This document shows positions 18,171-26,781 of a DNA stretch of 64,000 nucleotides, one piece after another. A program made the position numbers and the translations under genes. The DNA is taken from contig JAVHQC010000036.1 of assembly GCA_036170915.1 (NCBI GenBank), positions 96,001 through 160,000 of the forward strand, written 5' to 3'. How positions within the stretch are numbered: the first letter of the stretch is position 1; each line of letters begins with the position of its first letter. This DNA is from Cyanobacteria bacterium auto_48_18. GTDB lineage: Bacteria; Cyanobacteriota; Vampirovibrionia; Obscuribacterales; Obscuribacteraceae. The notes below the pieces were generated by a model, which did no database searches, had not been told where the DNA came from, and saw only the letters and a list, made by a program, of their open reading frames with translations.

Positions 18171-19013
18171 TTGAGGCATCAGATTTTGACAGTTCAGAGT
18201 GATAGTTCATCCACAAGCATAACCACATCCACACCTGCATGTACCACAGTACTAGTTACAGGTGCCACATCAGGCATTGGTAAGGCTGTAGCACTCGGTT
18301 TTGCCAGAAATAAATGTGCGGTTGCTATAAACGGTTTTGGTGCGGAAAATGAAATTGCCTCTGTTTTAGAAGAACTCAAAGCATGTGGTGCCAGTAAAGC
18401 GATTCATGTGCCCTCAGATATGAGTCAAGCAAAAGATATTGAAAGACTGATCAGCACCACTCAGAATCAGCTTGGTTCACTTGATGTACTAATAAATAAC
18501 GCCGGCATTCAGTACACAGCCAAAGTAGAAGATTTTCCAGCCGAAAAGTGGGATCAAGTAATCGCCATTAATCTCACGTCAGCCTTTCACACTATCAGGC
18601 TAGCACTGCCAATGATGAGAACGCGCAATTTTGGCCGCATCATCAATATTGCTTCAGTTCATGGCCTGGTAGGATCTGTGCAAAAGGCAGCCTATGTTGC
18701 TGCAAAACACGGTATTATCGGTTTAACGAAAGTGGTGGCACTTGAGTGCGCTGAGCAGAATATAACGGTCAATTCGGTATGCCCAGGCTGGGTGCTTACA
18801 CCTCTGGTGGAAGCTCAGCTTACTGCCAATGCCACAAGAGATAAGGTGAGCAATGAGCAGGCCGTGCAAAATTTGCTGCTTGAGAAACAGCCTAGTTTGC
18901 GCTTCGTGCCTTTAGAAGAACTCTCACAACTTTGTCTTTTTCTTGCATCACCGGGAGCATCTTCTATTAATGGTGCTGCCTTGCCTATCGATGGCGGCTG
19001 GACTGCACGATAA
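18171..19013 (+). CDS. bdhA: 3-hydroxybutyrate dehydrogenase (SDR)
   Basis: TGATSGIG, NNAGIQY, SVHGLVGS..KAAYVAAKHG, CPGWVLTPLV and LLEKQPS. Confidence 0.88.
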   Translation: MRHQILTVQSDSSSTSITTSTPACTTVLVTGATSGIGKAVALGFARNKCAVAINGFGAENEIASVLEELKACGASKAIHVPSDMSQAKDIERLISTTQNQLGSLDVLINNAGIQYTAKVEDFPAEKWDQVIAINLTSAFHTIRLALPMMRTRNFGRIINIASVHGLVGSVQKAAYVAAKHGIIGLTKVVALECAEQNITVNSVCPGWVLTPLVEAQLTANATRDKVSNEQAVQNLLLEKQPSLRFVPLEELSQLCLFLASPGASSINGAALPIDGGWTAR

Positions 19014-19036
19014 ACTTGCTTATTTTGGAAATCTCG

Positions 19037-20587
19037 ATGAAAAAAATTGTTTTCACTTCAGCGGCTCTGTTATCGATTGCTTTGTTATCCATAACTGTGC
19101 CTGTGGCCTCTGCCGCTCCTGCGGCGCGCGATTGCGCTACTGCATGCAAAAGCTGGCTCACCCGTGCCGATATCAGTCACTCACGGGTAGGCGTTGAAGT
19201 GATGGAATTGCCCTCAGGAAAAGTTGCCTTTGAGAGCAGTGGAAGCAAGCGATTTACGCCTGCATCCACCGCTAAGGTGATAACAACTTCGTGCATTTAT
19301 GATTTACTCGGTGCCAATTATGTCTATCGCACAAGGCTTGTTAGTAATGGTGTGCTTGAAGGTGGAATACTCAAGGGAGATTTGATTTTAGAAACCAGCC
19401 AAGATCCTAGCCTCAAGCGCAACGATCTGATCAAGCTTGTCCGCGACGCTGGCGTAACTCAAGTTGACGGCAGAGTTTTTGTTGCTTGTCCCCCCGACGG
19501 CCACGACAATTATGCAGTCAGCTGGTTAGCTGAAGATTTCGGTCAGGACTGGATGCCTGTTTCATCAAATCTTGTGATCGACGGCAATATTGCCTATGTC
19601 AGTGGCATACCAAAGCAATTCCGTGTTGCCGATGTTAAATCAACCGGCCTCGCTGTTTTAGATACATTGATGCAATCAGGTATTGGCTCTGCCTGGCTCT
19701 CGCTTGATCCCACTACTAATATCGTCAACGTTAATCGCGGTACCGCCTACAGTAGCAACGGTAAAATTGACGCATCGATAAAGCGTGATGGTCCCTTTGT
19801 TGTGGCTAACCCTGACGCTTACAACACTGGTATTTTTCAGTCAGTGTTGAATGATCAGCACATCAATGCCAGTTACCCTGTGGTTACAACTTTTGGCTCT
19901 TACAAAGAAGCGCGCACCATTCTTTCAGAGCATGTCTCTAAACCGCTTTCACAAATTATTCGCCTCTGCTTGCATGAAAGCGACAATCTGTATGCTCAAC
20001 AGTTGCTACGCACCATTGCCCTCGCCGGTGATACCAGAGTGCAGAAGACTAAATCCAAAAGAGTTGATGCCCGCACTTTAGAAGAGAAGGGTCTAAACCG
20101 AATTGGTGAATGGCTATCAGGCCTCGGTGTGCCTGGAAGAGAAGTTGTATTGTTTGACGGCTGCGGGCTTTCACGCAAAGATTGTCTTACGCCCCACGCA
20201 CTTAACCTGGTGCTGAAACATATGGCAGGTGAAGGAGTTGATGGCCCATACTTAGATTTACTCAAAGCTAGCGGCGAGGGTGCCAGCTCTTTCCGCTTCA
20301 AAACTGGCGCCATGGATACAGTGCGCGCCATAAGCGGCATTCTAATAAACAATTACAATCAGAAAGAAGCAGTCACCATTATGATCAATGGCCATACCCC
20401 GTCGGTGAAAGATCTGCGTATTGCCCTTTCAGACCTGATAGAACGCCTGAAAAACTCAGCCATCAATCGTGCTGATGCGGCACAGCCTGCTGGGGCAAAG
20501 ACCCCTGCTGCTGCCGTTCAGACGCCTAAAAAATTGGCCCCAGCCAGTCGCAGCAGTGTTCGCCGGAAGAATCAGCGACGCCATTAA
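19037..20587 (+). CDS. dacB: D-Ala-D-Ala carboxypeptidase/endopeptidase (peptidase S13, PBP4)
   Basis: PASTAK (SxxK), ESDN, FDGCGLSR and FKTG; signal peptide. Confidence 0.9.
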   Translation: MKKIVFTSAALLSIALLSITVPVASAAPAARDCATACKSWLTRADISHSRVGVEVMELPSGKVAFESSGSKRFTPASTAKVITTSCIYDLLGANYVYRTRLVSNGVLEGGILKGDLILETSQDPSLKRNDLIKLVRDAGVTQVDGRVFVACPPDGHDNYAVSWLAEDFGQDWMPVSSNLVIDGNIAYVSGIPKQFRVADVKSTGLAVLDTLMQSGIGSAWLSLDPTTNIVNVNRGTAYSSNGKIDASIKRDGPFVVANPDAYNTGIFQSVLNDQHINASYPVVTTFGSYKEARTILSEHVSKPLSQIIRLCLHESDNLYAQQLLRTIALAGDTRVQKTKSKRVDARTLEEKGLNRIGEWLSGLGVPGREVVLFDGCGLSRKDCLTPHALNLVLKHMAGEGVDGPYLDLLKASGEGASSFRFKTGAMDTVRAISGILINNYNQKEAVTIMINGHTPSVKDLRIALSDLIERLKNSAINRADAAQPAGAKTPAAAVQTPKKLAPASRSSVRRKNQRRH

Positions 20588-20605
20588 TAACCTATATTGT
20601 CGCTA

Positions 20606-21340
20606 TTAACGAAGGGCGTGATGACTGACGGCGCTCAAATTAGCAGCCAAAATTGTGTGGGCTTCAGGCTGTTGTTGATCTTCGTAGACGGCCTTAATAC
20701 GTTTTTTCAATGCTAGAAGAGTGCGTGGCAACTCGTTTTTGACGCCTTCTCGGACGGCCCATTGAGGCACGAAGAAACCAGGATCAATAAACATGCTGTA
20801 TGTCAATGCAGTTTTGGTGCCACCATCTGCGGGGCTCATATCCCAATAACCACGAAAATCTTTTAGCGTGCCGCCTATGCGTTTAAACTCTATGCGCCCA
20901 CCCTTGTCTGTTTGTTCGTAGCGTGACTCAACGGTGTAAGCCATTTGCGGCATGAAAGGTATTGGAGCCGTGTCAAGAGTCATCTTGAGCACAGAAAAAT
21001 TAGCCTGGTCTGTCACAACTTCTACTCTTTTGACCCGAGGCGCGATACGACCGGCAAATTCAAAGGGGTTAACCATAATCGGCCATACTTTGTCTGGAGA
21101 CTGATCGATAATAATGCGACCGGTGACATATTTTTGCGCACCGATGCCTTTTAAACCAACTACCACTTCGCCTCGACCAAGCTTTTCTAAAGCAACTTTC
21201 TCTTCGAGAGCGGCTTTATCAGCAGTAACTGCATTATTACCCGCATATGACGGCACCGCTGGTGAAGTCATTGTTATTGTCAGAGCGATGAGCAAACTTG
21301 TAGCAGCGCTTTTGGCCACCGGGTGAAAACTAAAGGTCAT
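20606..21340 (-). CDS. Secreted SRPBCC/START (polyketide cyclase-like) protein
   Basis: IIIDQSPDKVW, GTLKDFRGYW and DPGFFVPQW; signal peptide. Confidence 0.75.
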   Translation of the reverse strand: MTFSFHPVAKSAATSLLIALTITMTSPAVPSYAGNNAVTADKAALEEKVALEKLGRGEVVVGLKGIGAQKYVTGRIIIDQSPDKVWPIMVNPFEFAGRIAPRVKRVEVVTDQANFSVLKMTLDTAPIPFMPQMAYTVESRYEQTDKGGRIEFKRIGGTLKDFRGYWDMSPADGGTKTALTYSMFIDPGFFVPQWAVREGVKNELPRTLLALKKRIKAVYEDQQQPEAHTILAANLSAVSHHALR

Positions 21341-21834
21341 TATTTCTCCAGAACACTAGCCTGCAGACAAACTTCAACTGGTCGTGCACAAATTTGAAGT
21401 TATGCAGGATGACGACTTCTATAGTCGGCTAAAAGATATAAGCCGTCAAGTGCACGACAGGCATAGCGTATATATCTTAGCAACCTCGCAAAGGTGCACC
21501 ATGACAATCGCACATAGTATCCGCTAGATATCAAGCGGTGAGGCAATCGAGAAAGTTTTATCTGCGTGGTGAAAAAATATTCAGTTTCATATCAACCGTC
21601 GAGCTTATATCACCGTATCTGGTGGCAATAACCAAAACAGTATCGTTCAGTTATCAGCGCCTGATGGTTTTGTAGACGTCCATAGATCTGTAAAAGTTTC
21701 TCACAACAACGAATGTCCGCAAGTTTTGTTAAGAGAATTTGGCCTTGACTACCTCTGTCAGAGTATAATAGACGACACAACTGCTGCTGTCCGCTCCGCG
21801 ACAGTGGCACTAGTAGTACTCAAGAGGATACAAG

Positions 21835-22539
21835 ATGCCTACCTTCGATAAAGATCAGCAGCCACTTTTCGCCAGAGAAGGTCTTTTCAGGCAAAAATTA
21901 AATCAGTTGCGCACTGGTGAAAGTCAAAATCCTCGCACTCCGCCAGCTGATGCATCATCACGTTTTCGTGAATTAGAGCAAGGCAGTTACATCTCTAACG
22001 TTAAAGAGAGCTTGTCTAAAGCCGATCCAGACGAGAAAGACCGTGCCGCTTTGCTTGACGCGCCAACCGAGCTCTACAACCGCTCCGCCATTACAACTAT
22101 TATTCGCAATGAACTCAAGCGATCCAAGCGCTACAAGCATAATTTGAGCCTGCTCGTACTCAGCATTGACGACCTTGATACTGTCGCTAAGAAGCACGGA
22201 CAAGCCACTACCGATTCGATCATTAAAGGTGTCGCCACCTTCTTAATGGGCATTATTCGCGACGTAGATATTCCTGCCCGTTATGACAAAAATACTTTCC
22301 TCGTGCTTTGCCCAGATACTGAGCCTAAGGGAGTCAGCATTTTAGCCGAGCGTATTCGCAGCAAAATTATGCTGACCAGAGTTTCAGACGTTGGACAAAA
22401 CTGGCACGTTACAGTGAGTCAGGGTATTGCAGGTTTCCCTGGCGCTGCCGTTAAGGGTGAAGAGCTGATTGAAAACGCTGTTATAGCGGCAAATACAGCG
22501 CTTAAGAATGGCGGAAATCAAACGGTTATCGCCGAATAG
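21835..22539 (+). CDS. Degenerate GGDEF-domain protein
   Basis: DAPTELYNR, IDD, RDVD I-site; ARYDKNTF in place of ARYGG[D/E]EF; VTVSQG. Confidence 0.85.
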   Translation: MPTFDKDQQPLFAREGLFRQKLNQLRTGESQNPRTPPADASSRFRELEQGSYISNVKESLSKADPDEKDRAALLDAPTELYNRSAITTIIRNELKRSKRYKHNLSLLVLSIDDLDTVAKKHGQATTDSIIKGVATFLMGIIRDVDIPARYDKNTFLVLCPDTEPKGVSILAERIRSKIMLTRVSDVGQNWHVTVSQGIAGFPGAAVKGEELIENAVIAANTALKNGGNQTVIAE

Positions 22540-22548
22540 AGTACTAAA

Positions 22549-23751
22549 TCACCATTTGAAAGTATTGAGGACCTCATCGAGGTCTTCATTCTTTTTGTCC
22601 GCCAGGCGCAATTGCAATGCAAAAGCGCACTGCTCATCATTGAGTCTCTTGCTTTGAAAATAAAAGTAGGTCTGCTTGGCGAAGGCGGTAAACGAATGCT
22701 CAAACAACACTTTTGACTCTACTAAGTCGTCCACTGATTTCTCTCTGGTGGCAGCTTCCTTTTTGCAGTCAACTAAATCGGCCTTCGACAAAAGGCCACA
22801 GACTGCTAAAAATTCGGCGAAAGAAATTACCCGAGCATTTTCATTTTTCTGTTGTTCCGCTTGCGATAGTGCTTTTGAAAGACTTACACCAGAAGCTTTT
22901 ACGCTTGCCAGAACGTAAGTAGCATCTTGAGCCGCCACGGTGCCGGCACTAATCATGTCGTGCAAAGTTAAGGCTTGGTTCAGCTCTACGTCAGTCAAAA
23001 GTTGCATGCGTACAAGAATTCGACCCAGAGGTACTTCTTCACTGATGCCTTTCTCAAGTGCGCTCAAAAGATCTGCTTGTGCCACCAGGCCTGATAACAA
23101 AAGCAGCTCACCCAGCCGCATAGAGCTTGCCAGGCCTGCAGTCATGGTGGCCGAGATCAAAACACCTTTGTTTTTTGCCAAACTGGCACTATCAGCTCTA
23201 GCCGCCATTACTGTTTGAATGGCTGTTACGGCTTGCTCTCTAGTCAGTTTTCCATCGCGCAAAAGCGACTGCGAAATCAATGCTATGAATGCCGTTTGCT
23301 CGCGCACAATACCGCGTAGAGCAAGTATTCTAGCCAGCTGCAGGCCTGTGGTGTATGAAGCTGTTAATGCTTGGTCTAGTGTCGCTTTATCGATTGCTCC
23401 AGCCGAAATTAAAATCTCACCGAGCTTATTGGCGTGATTAAAGAACTCGCTCTCGATACCAAGCTTTGAAAGAGCCAAATTCAGATCAATACTTTCGCTA
23501 GCCACCAATTTCAACGCAGCTACCGCGTCTTCTTCACTAATTAAACGGTCGCGAACCAGTGATTGCAAACTGAGAGCCTGTTTGAATTTTTCCTCACTGA
23601 GAAAGGCGGAAGCGATTAAAACGCGACCAACTGGCACACCGGCTTTAAGTGCCACAGGCATGGCATCAGCGAGCTGAGGCAAACTTACCAATTCAGACTT
23701 AACTAAAAGGTCACCCACTAAAATTTGAGAAGCTCTTTTTTGCATTCTCAA
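22549..23751 (-). CDS. Multi-MshEN/GSPII_N repeat protein
   Basis: RLGELLLLSGLVAQADLLSALEKG...PLGRILVRMQLLTDVELNQALTLH; also KLGEILISAGAI and LVGDLLVKSELV copies. Confidence 0.75.
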   Translation of the reverse strand: MRMQKRASQILVGDLLVKSELVSLPQLADAMPVALKAGVPVGRVLIASAFLSEEKFKQALSLQSLVRDRLISEEDAVAALKLVASESIDLNLALSKLGIESEFFNHANKLGEILISAGAIDKATLDQALTASYTTGLQLARILALRGIVREQTAFIALISQSLLRDGKLTREQAVTAIQTVMAARADSASLAKNKGVLISATMTAGLASSMRLGELLLLSGLVAQADLLSALEKGISEEVPLGRILVRMQLLTDVELNQALTLHDMISAGTVAAQDATYVLASVKASGVSLSKALSQAEQQKNENARVISFAEFLAVCGLLSKADLVDCKKEAATREKSVDDLVESKVLFEHSFTAFAKQTYFYFQSKRLNDEQCAFALQLRLADKKNEDLDEVLNTFKW

Positions 23752-23754
23752 AGT

Positions 23755-24375
23755 CTACCGTACTGTTTTGATTTTACTGTCTATGCGCCTTAGTTGAACT
23801 GCGATTTTTTCGGCCTCAGAAGTCCGCCCACACTGTGTCAGAAAGGCTTTATAGTGCATGAGAAATTGGCAAAGTTTAGGATCGTCTTCTTGATTTTTAG
23901 AGGCAATGGTGGCAATCGCTCGTTTGTAAAGTAGCTCCGCCTGACCGGTGTTGCCGTGCCATTGATATAACCAGGCCAAATCCGGCAGAAAAGCAGCGAA
24001 TTTTTCTGAGTTTGGTCCAGCAAAACCCTCCTCATAGCGCATAGCCAGCTCATACAATCTCTCTGACTCAAAGATATGACCGCGTTTATGTTCGAGCAGG
24101 GCCAGACCGGCCAGGCTATTTACGAGGCCAGGATCCATATTGGTATTTTTTTCGGCAATTTTTACCGCTGCTTCAAAGGCCAGTTTCGCCTGATTGAGAT
24201 CACCGCTCTTAAGCAATAGCCTGGCTTCGTGGTCTTTTTTCCACCATTCTTGTGCATTGCTAAACGGCTCTGGCTCGGGCACTGCACCAAAAGTTGTATC
24301 TACAGCAAAAGCAGACGATACAAAAATAGAATTTGCTGAGAGCAAAATCAACAGCGCTCGGCAAATCGTCGGCAA
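23755..24375 (-). CDS. Secreted TPR protein
   Basis: TTG start just after the upstream stop gives signal peptide MPTICRALLILLSANSIFVSSAFA; TPR motifs LAWLY...AELLYKRA. Confidence 0.75.
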   Translation of the reverse strand: MPTICRALLILLSANSIFVSSAFAVDTTFGAVPEPEPFSNAQEWWKKDHEARLLLKSGDLNQAKLAFEAAVKIAEKNTNMDPGLVNSLAGLALLEHKRGHIFESERLYELAMRYEEGFAGPNSEKFAAFLPDLAWLYQWHGNTGQAELLYKRAIATIASKNQEDDPKLCQFLMHYKAFLTQCGRTSEAEKIAVQLRRIDSKIKTVR

Positions 24376-24376
24376 T

Positions 24377-25807
24377 CTACTTTTCCTTTGTTTGCAGCTT
24401 GGCCAGCCTCTGTTCATAAGGAATGGCATCAGATGCACGGCCATTCTCTTTGAGAGTGTCAATTACATACTTGAGGATTATGGGAAAATTAGAGTGATTC
24501 TCGCCTTTATGTCCCGGTGCACTTCTTGATAGCTTTTCTTCCATGGCCGCAACGTGTGCAGCAGGATTAGCCAGAACGCGAGCTTTTAAGTTCTCAGCCG
24601 GAAGGTCAGCACCATATGCCGGCGGAGTTGCAGCTGGAGTCGGTTTAACAGATTCTGCTGCACCAGATTTGGTGGCACCCAACGGCTTAAAATCATGCGC
24701 TGTTTTAAGATTATCTTGTAGTTTAACTAGAAGCATTTTGAGTTTATCGATTTTTTCAAGCAACTCAACATCAGTAGCAGTATTGGCGCTGTCTTCTAAA
24801 TCTAAAAAAGCCAAAACTGTGGCTTTGCCAACGCTTACACCAGCTTTATCGAGAGTCTGCATTTCAGCAAGAATAGCGGCTCTTTCTTCTTTTCTCAAAC
24901 CTTCTTTCAATTCATAATTTTGCAAATCGAGCTTGCCGTCTGCTCCGTTGCCCTTAATTACATTTACAGCTACTTCCTTCAAAGAAGTGTTCAGTGCTTC
25001 ACCAACGGTGGCAATGGCGTTGCGGCTGAGAGTAATCACGCGATTATCTTTACTGAGGCTGGTATCGACAAAGGTTACCTGCGCTATTTTATATTCAATG
25101 GGAGCAGCTTCAAGAGCCTGATCGGCTAAGCGCATCGCTTCTAGCTTGAGTAGCCGTTCGCTCAATGATGAATCAAGATTTGTACTGATAAAAATTTGAT
25201 TGTCGCGAAGCTGTGTGTTTACTTTTTTCGGCCGCACATACTGGCCTTCACTCAAATAGCTGGCAACACGCTTAGATGGATCAAGTATGGCGTCTTCTTT
25301 AATTTCAAGAGACTTCAGAAGCTCATCTTTTGACAGGGTGCCGTTACCGAATGCTTTAACATCGCCGGCGGTGACGGCAACTTCCTTAAAAGTGCTGAGA
25401 GAGTTTGAATTATAAAAGTAGACAGTCACGCGGGAGACTTGCCCTGGAGCGTAATCCATAAGCGTTTTCGCTATTAGTACTGCCTCAATCTTGCAATCGT
25501 TGGCATTGGCTTTGGGATTCTTAAAAGTGGCAATTTCTACTTCTTCAGGTTTGACTCGGGCATTAATGCGAATGTTGGGGGCCAAAATCTTGGCCTTCTC
25601 TACTACTTCCACCGCTTCGGTGTCTGAGATGTAGGCAGCTGCCGGTAGGATGCATGGCGCGAAGCAAGCTATTGCCAGAGCGCCAAATTTACTAAACGCC
25701 AATAGTGATGGGTGTTTCGAGTTCTTTTTCAACTGCAGGGCCCCTGGTAAGCCACTAGCTAAATGAGCTATATTTAACATTCTATGCTCTATGTTCATTT
25801 TTGCCAA
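24377..25807 (-). CDS. Hypothetical exported protein with two related domains
   Basis: 476-aa ORF; hydrophobic signal-like segment; repeated K(I/L)EA(V/M)x(I/L)A...V(T/Y)F pattern; start uncertain. Confidence 0.7.
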   Translation of the reverse strand: MAKMNIEHRMLNIAHLASGLPGALQLKKNSKHPSLLAFSKFGALAIACFAPCILPAAAYISDTEAVEVVEKAKILAPNIRINARVKPEEVEIATFKNPKANANDCKIEAVLIAKTLMDYAPGQVSRVTVYFYNSNSLSTFKEVAVTAGDVKAFGNGTLSKDELLKSLEIKEDAILDPSKRVASYLSEGQYVRPKKVNTQLRDNQIFISTNLDSSLSERLLKLEAMRLADQALEAAPIEYKIAQVTFVDTSLSKDNRVITLSRNAIATVGEALNTSLKEVAVNVIKGNGADGKLDLQNYELKEGLRKEERAAILAEMQTLDKAGVSVGKATVLAFLDLEDSANTATDVELLEKIDKLKMLLVKLQDNLKTAHDFKPLGATKSGAAESVKPTPAATPPAYGADLPAENLKARVLANPAAHVAAMEEKLSRSAPGHKGENHSNFPIILKYVIDTLKENGRASDAIPYEQRLAKLQTKEK

Positions 25808-25814
25808 GATTGCA

Positions 25815-25841
25815 GAAAAAAGCGGGCCCTTTCAAGCCCGC
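25815..25841 (-). terminator. Intrinsic terminator
   Basis: Minus strand GCGGGC-ttgaaagg-GCCCGC-TTTTTT. Confidence 0.65.
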
Positions 25842-25871
25842 GCACAAAGGTCTGATAACTAAAGCATGTGC

Positions 25872-26567
25872 TTACTCAGGCGTAAAACCAAGCGACCGAC
25901 CAAGCTTGAACCAGAAAGTATTTTTCATACGGTCAACTCGAGCTTGTGTCTTAAACAAAAGATCTCGGCTCTGTTCATGTGTGAGCTGCTCAGCTTCAAG
26001 CGCTTCTTGCAGCTCGTTCAATTGATTTTTTAGTTCAGTGGCCAGCAGCGCTTTGTTGAACAATTCAGGCATGTACTTAAGTTGATCGGCATTGGCGGCA
26101 ATTTGCAAATCGAGGGCGCGAATATCGTAATCGCGATCTTTCAACTTTTGACGCAGCTGCGAAAGCTCTCGTTGTTGAGCTTCGACCACTACCTGAAGTC
26201 TGCTGTCTACTTCGTCTTCTTCAATTATGCTTTTTAAGATCGGAGTAGAAGAGGATGACTTGAAAATATCATTGCTTTGACCAGGCGAAAAATCGAAGAG
26301 GTCGAACTCTGTCATAACCGCATGAGATTTTGCTAGTTGCACGTCAACTTGGACGTCAACTTCGGTCTCCACTTTTAAATTTGCGTTTGCTTCTTCTTTA
26401 AGTGGAAATTCAATCAAATTAGATGCGTGGTCAACGCCATCGATTTTTTCAATTTCATCGCCAAAAATTTTGTTGAGCAGAAGCTCAAGATGCTGAACTT
26501 CGGTGCTCATTTTTAAAGGCTCAACGAACACTTCTACGTCAGCTGATGTTGTGGAAAAACTTTGCAT
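25872..26567 (-). CDS. Acidic coiled-coil hypothetical protein
   Basis: GAGGA SD before ATG at 26567; heptad-rich C-terminal half. Confidence 0.7.
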   Translation of the reverse strand: MQSFSTTSADVEVFVEPLKMSTEVQHLELLLNKIFGDEIEKIDGVDHASNLIEFPLKEEANANLKVETEVDVQVDVQLAKSHAVMTEFDLFDFSPGQSNDIFKSSSSTPILKSIIEEDEVDSRLQVVVEAQQRELSQLRQKLKDRDYDIRALDLQIAANADQLKYMPELFNKALLATELKNQLNELQEALEAEQLTHEQSRDLLFKTQARVDRMKNTFWFKLGRSLGFTPE

Positions 26568-26781
26568 GATTTCCTCAAAGAGATCGGTGCGTGACAACTC
26601 CACAATGACTAGAGCTATCAACGCATAAATGTTATCTCAGCAAAGCTAAATTGTACACAGTTAATCTTGCGAATTAACCCTGGCATCACATATACAGTTA
26701 CGCCACACTAGTTATACATCCTCACCCTGACCGGGTCTTAGTGCATATAACAGACCTTAGAATAGTGAAGGCCTGCTCTAG

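Noticed and set aside
21745..21769. TTGACT...TATAAT sigma70 promoter
   Set aside because: The spacer is only 13 bp, so this is not a canonical -35/-10 pair; only the -10 is plausible
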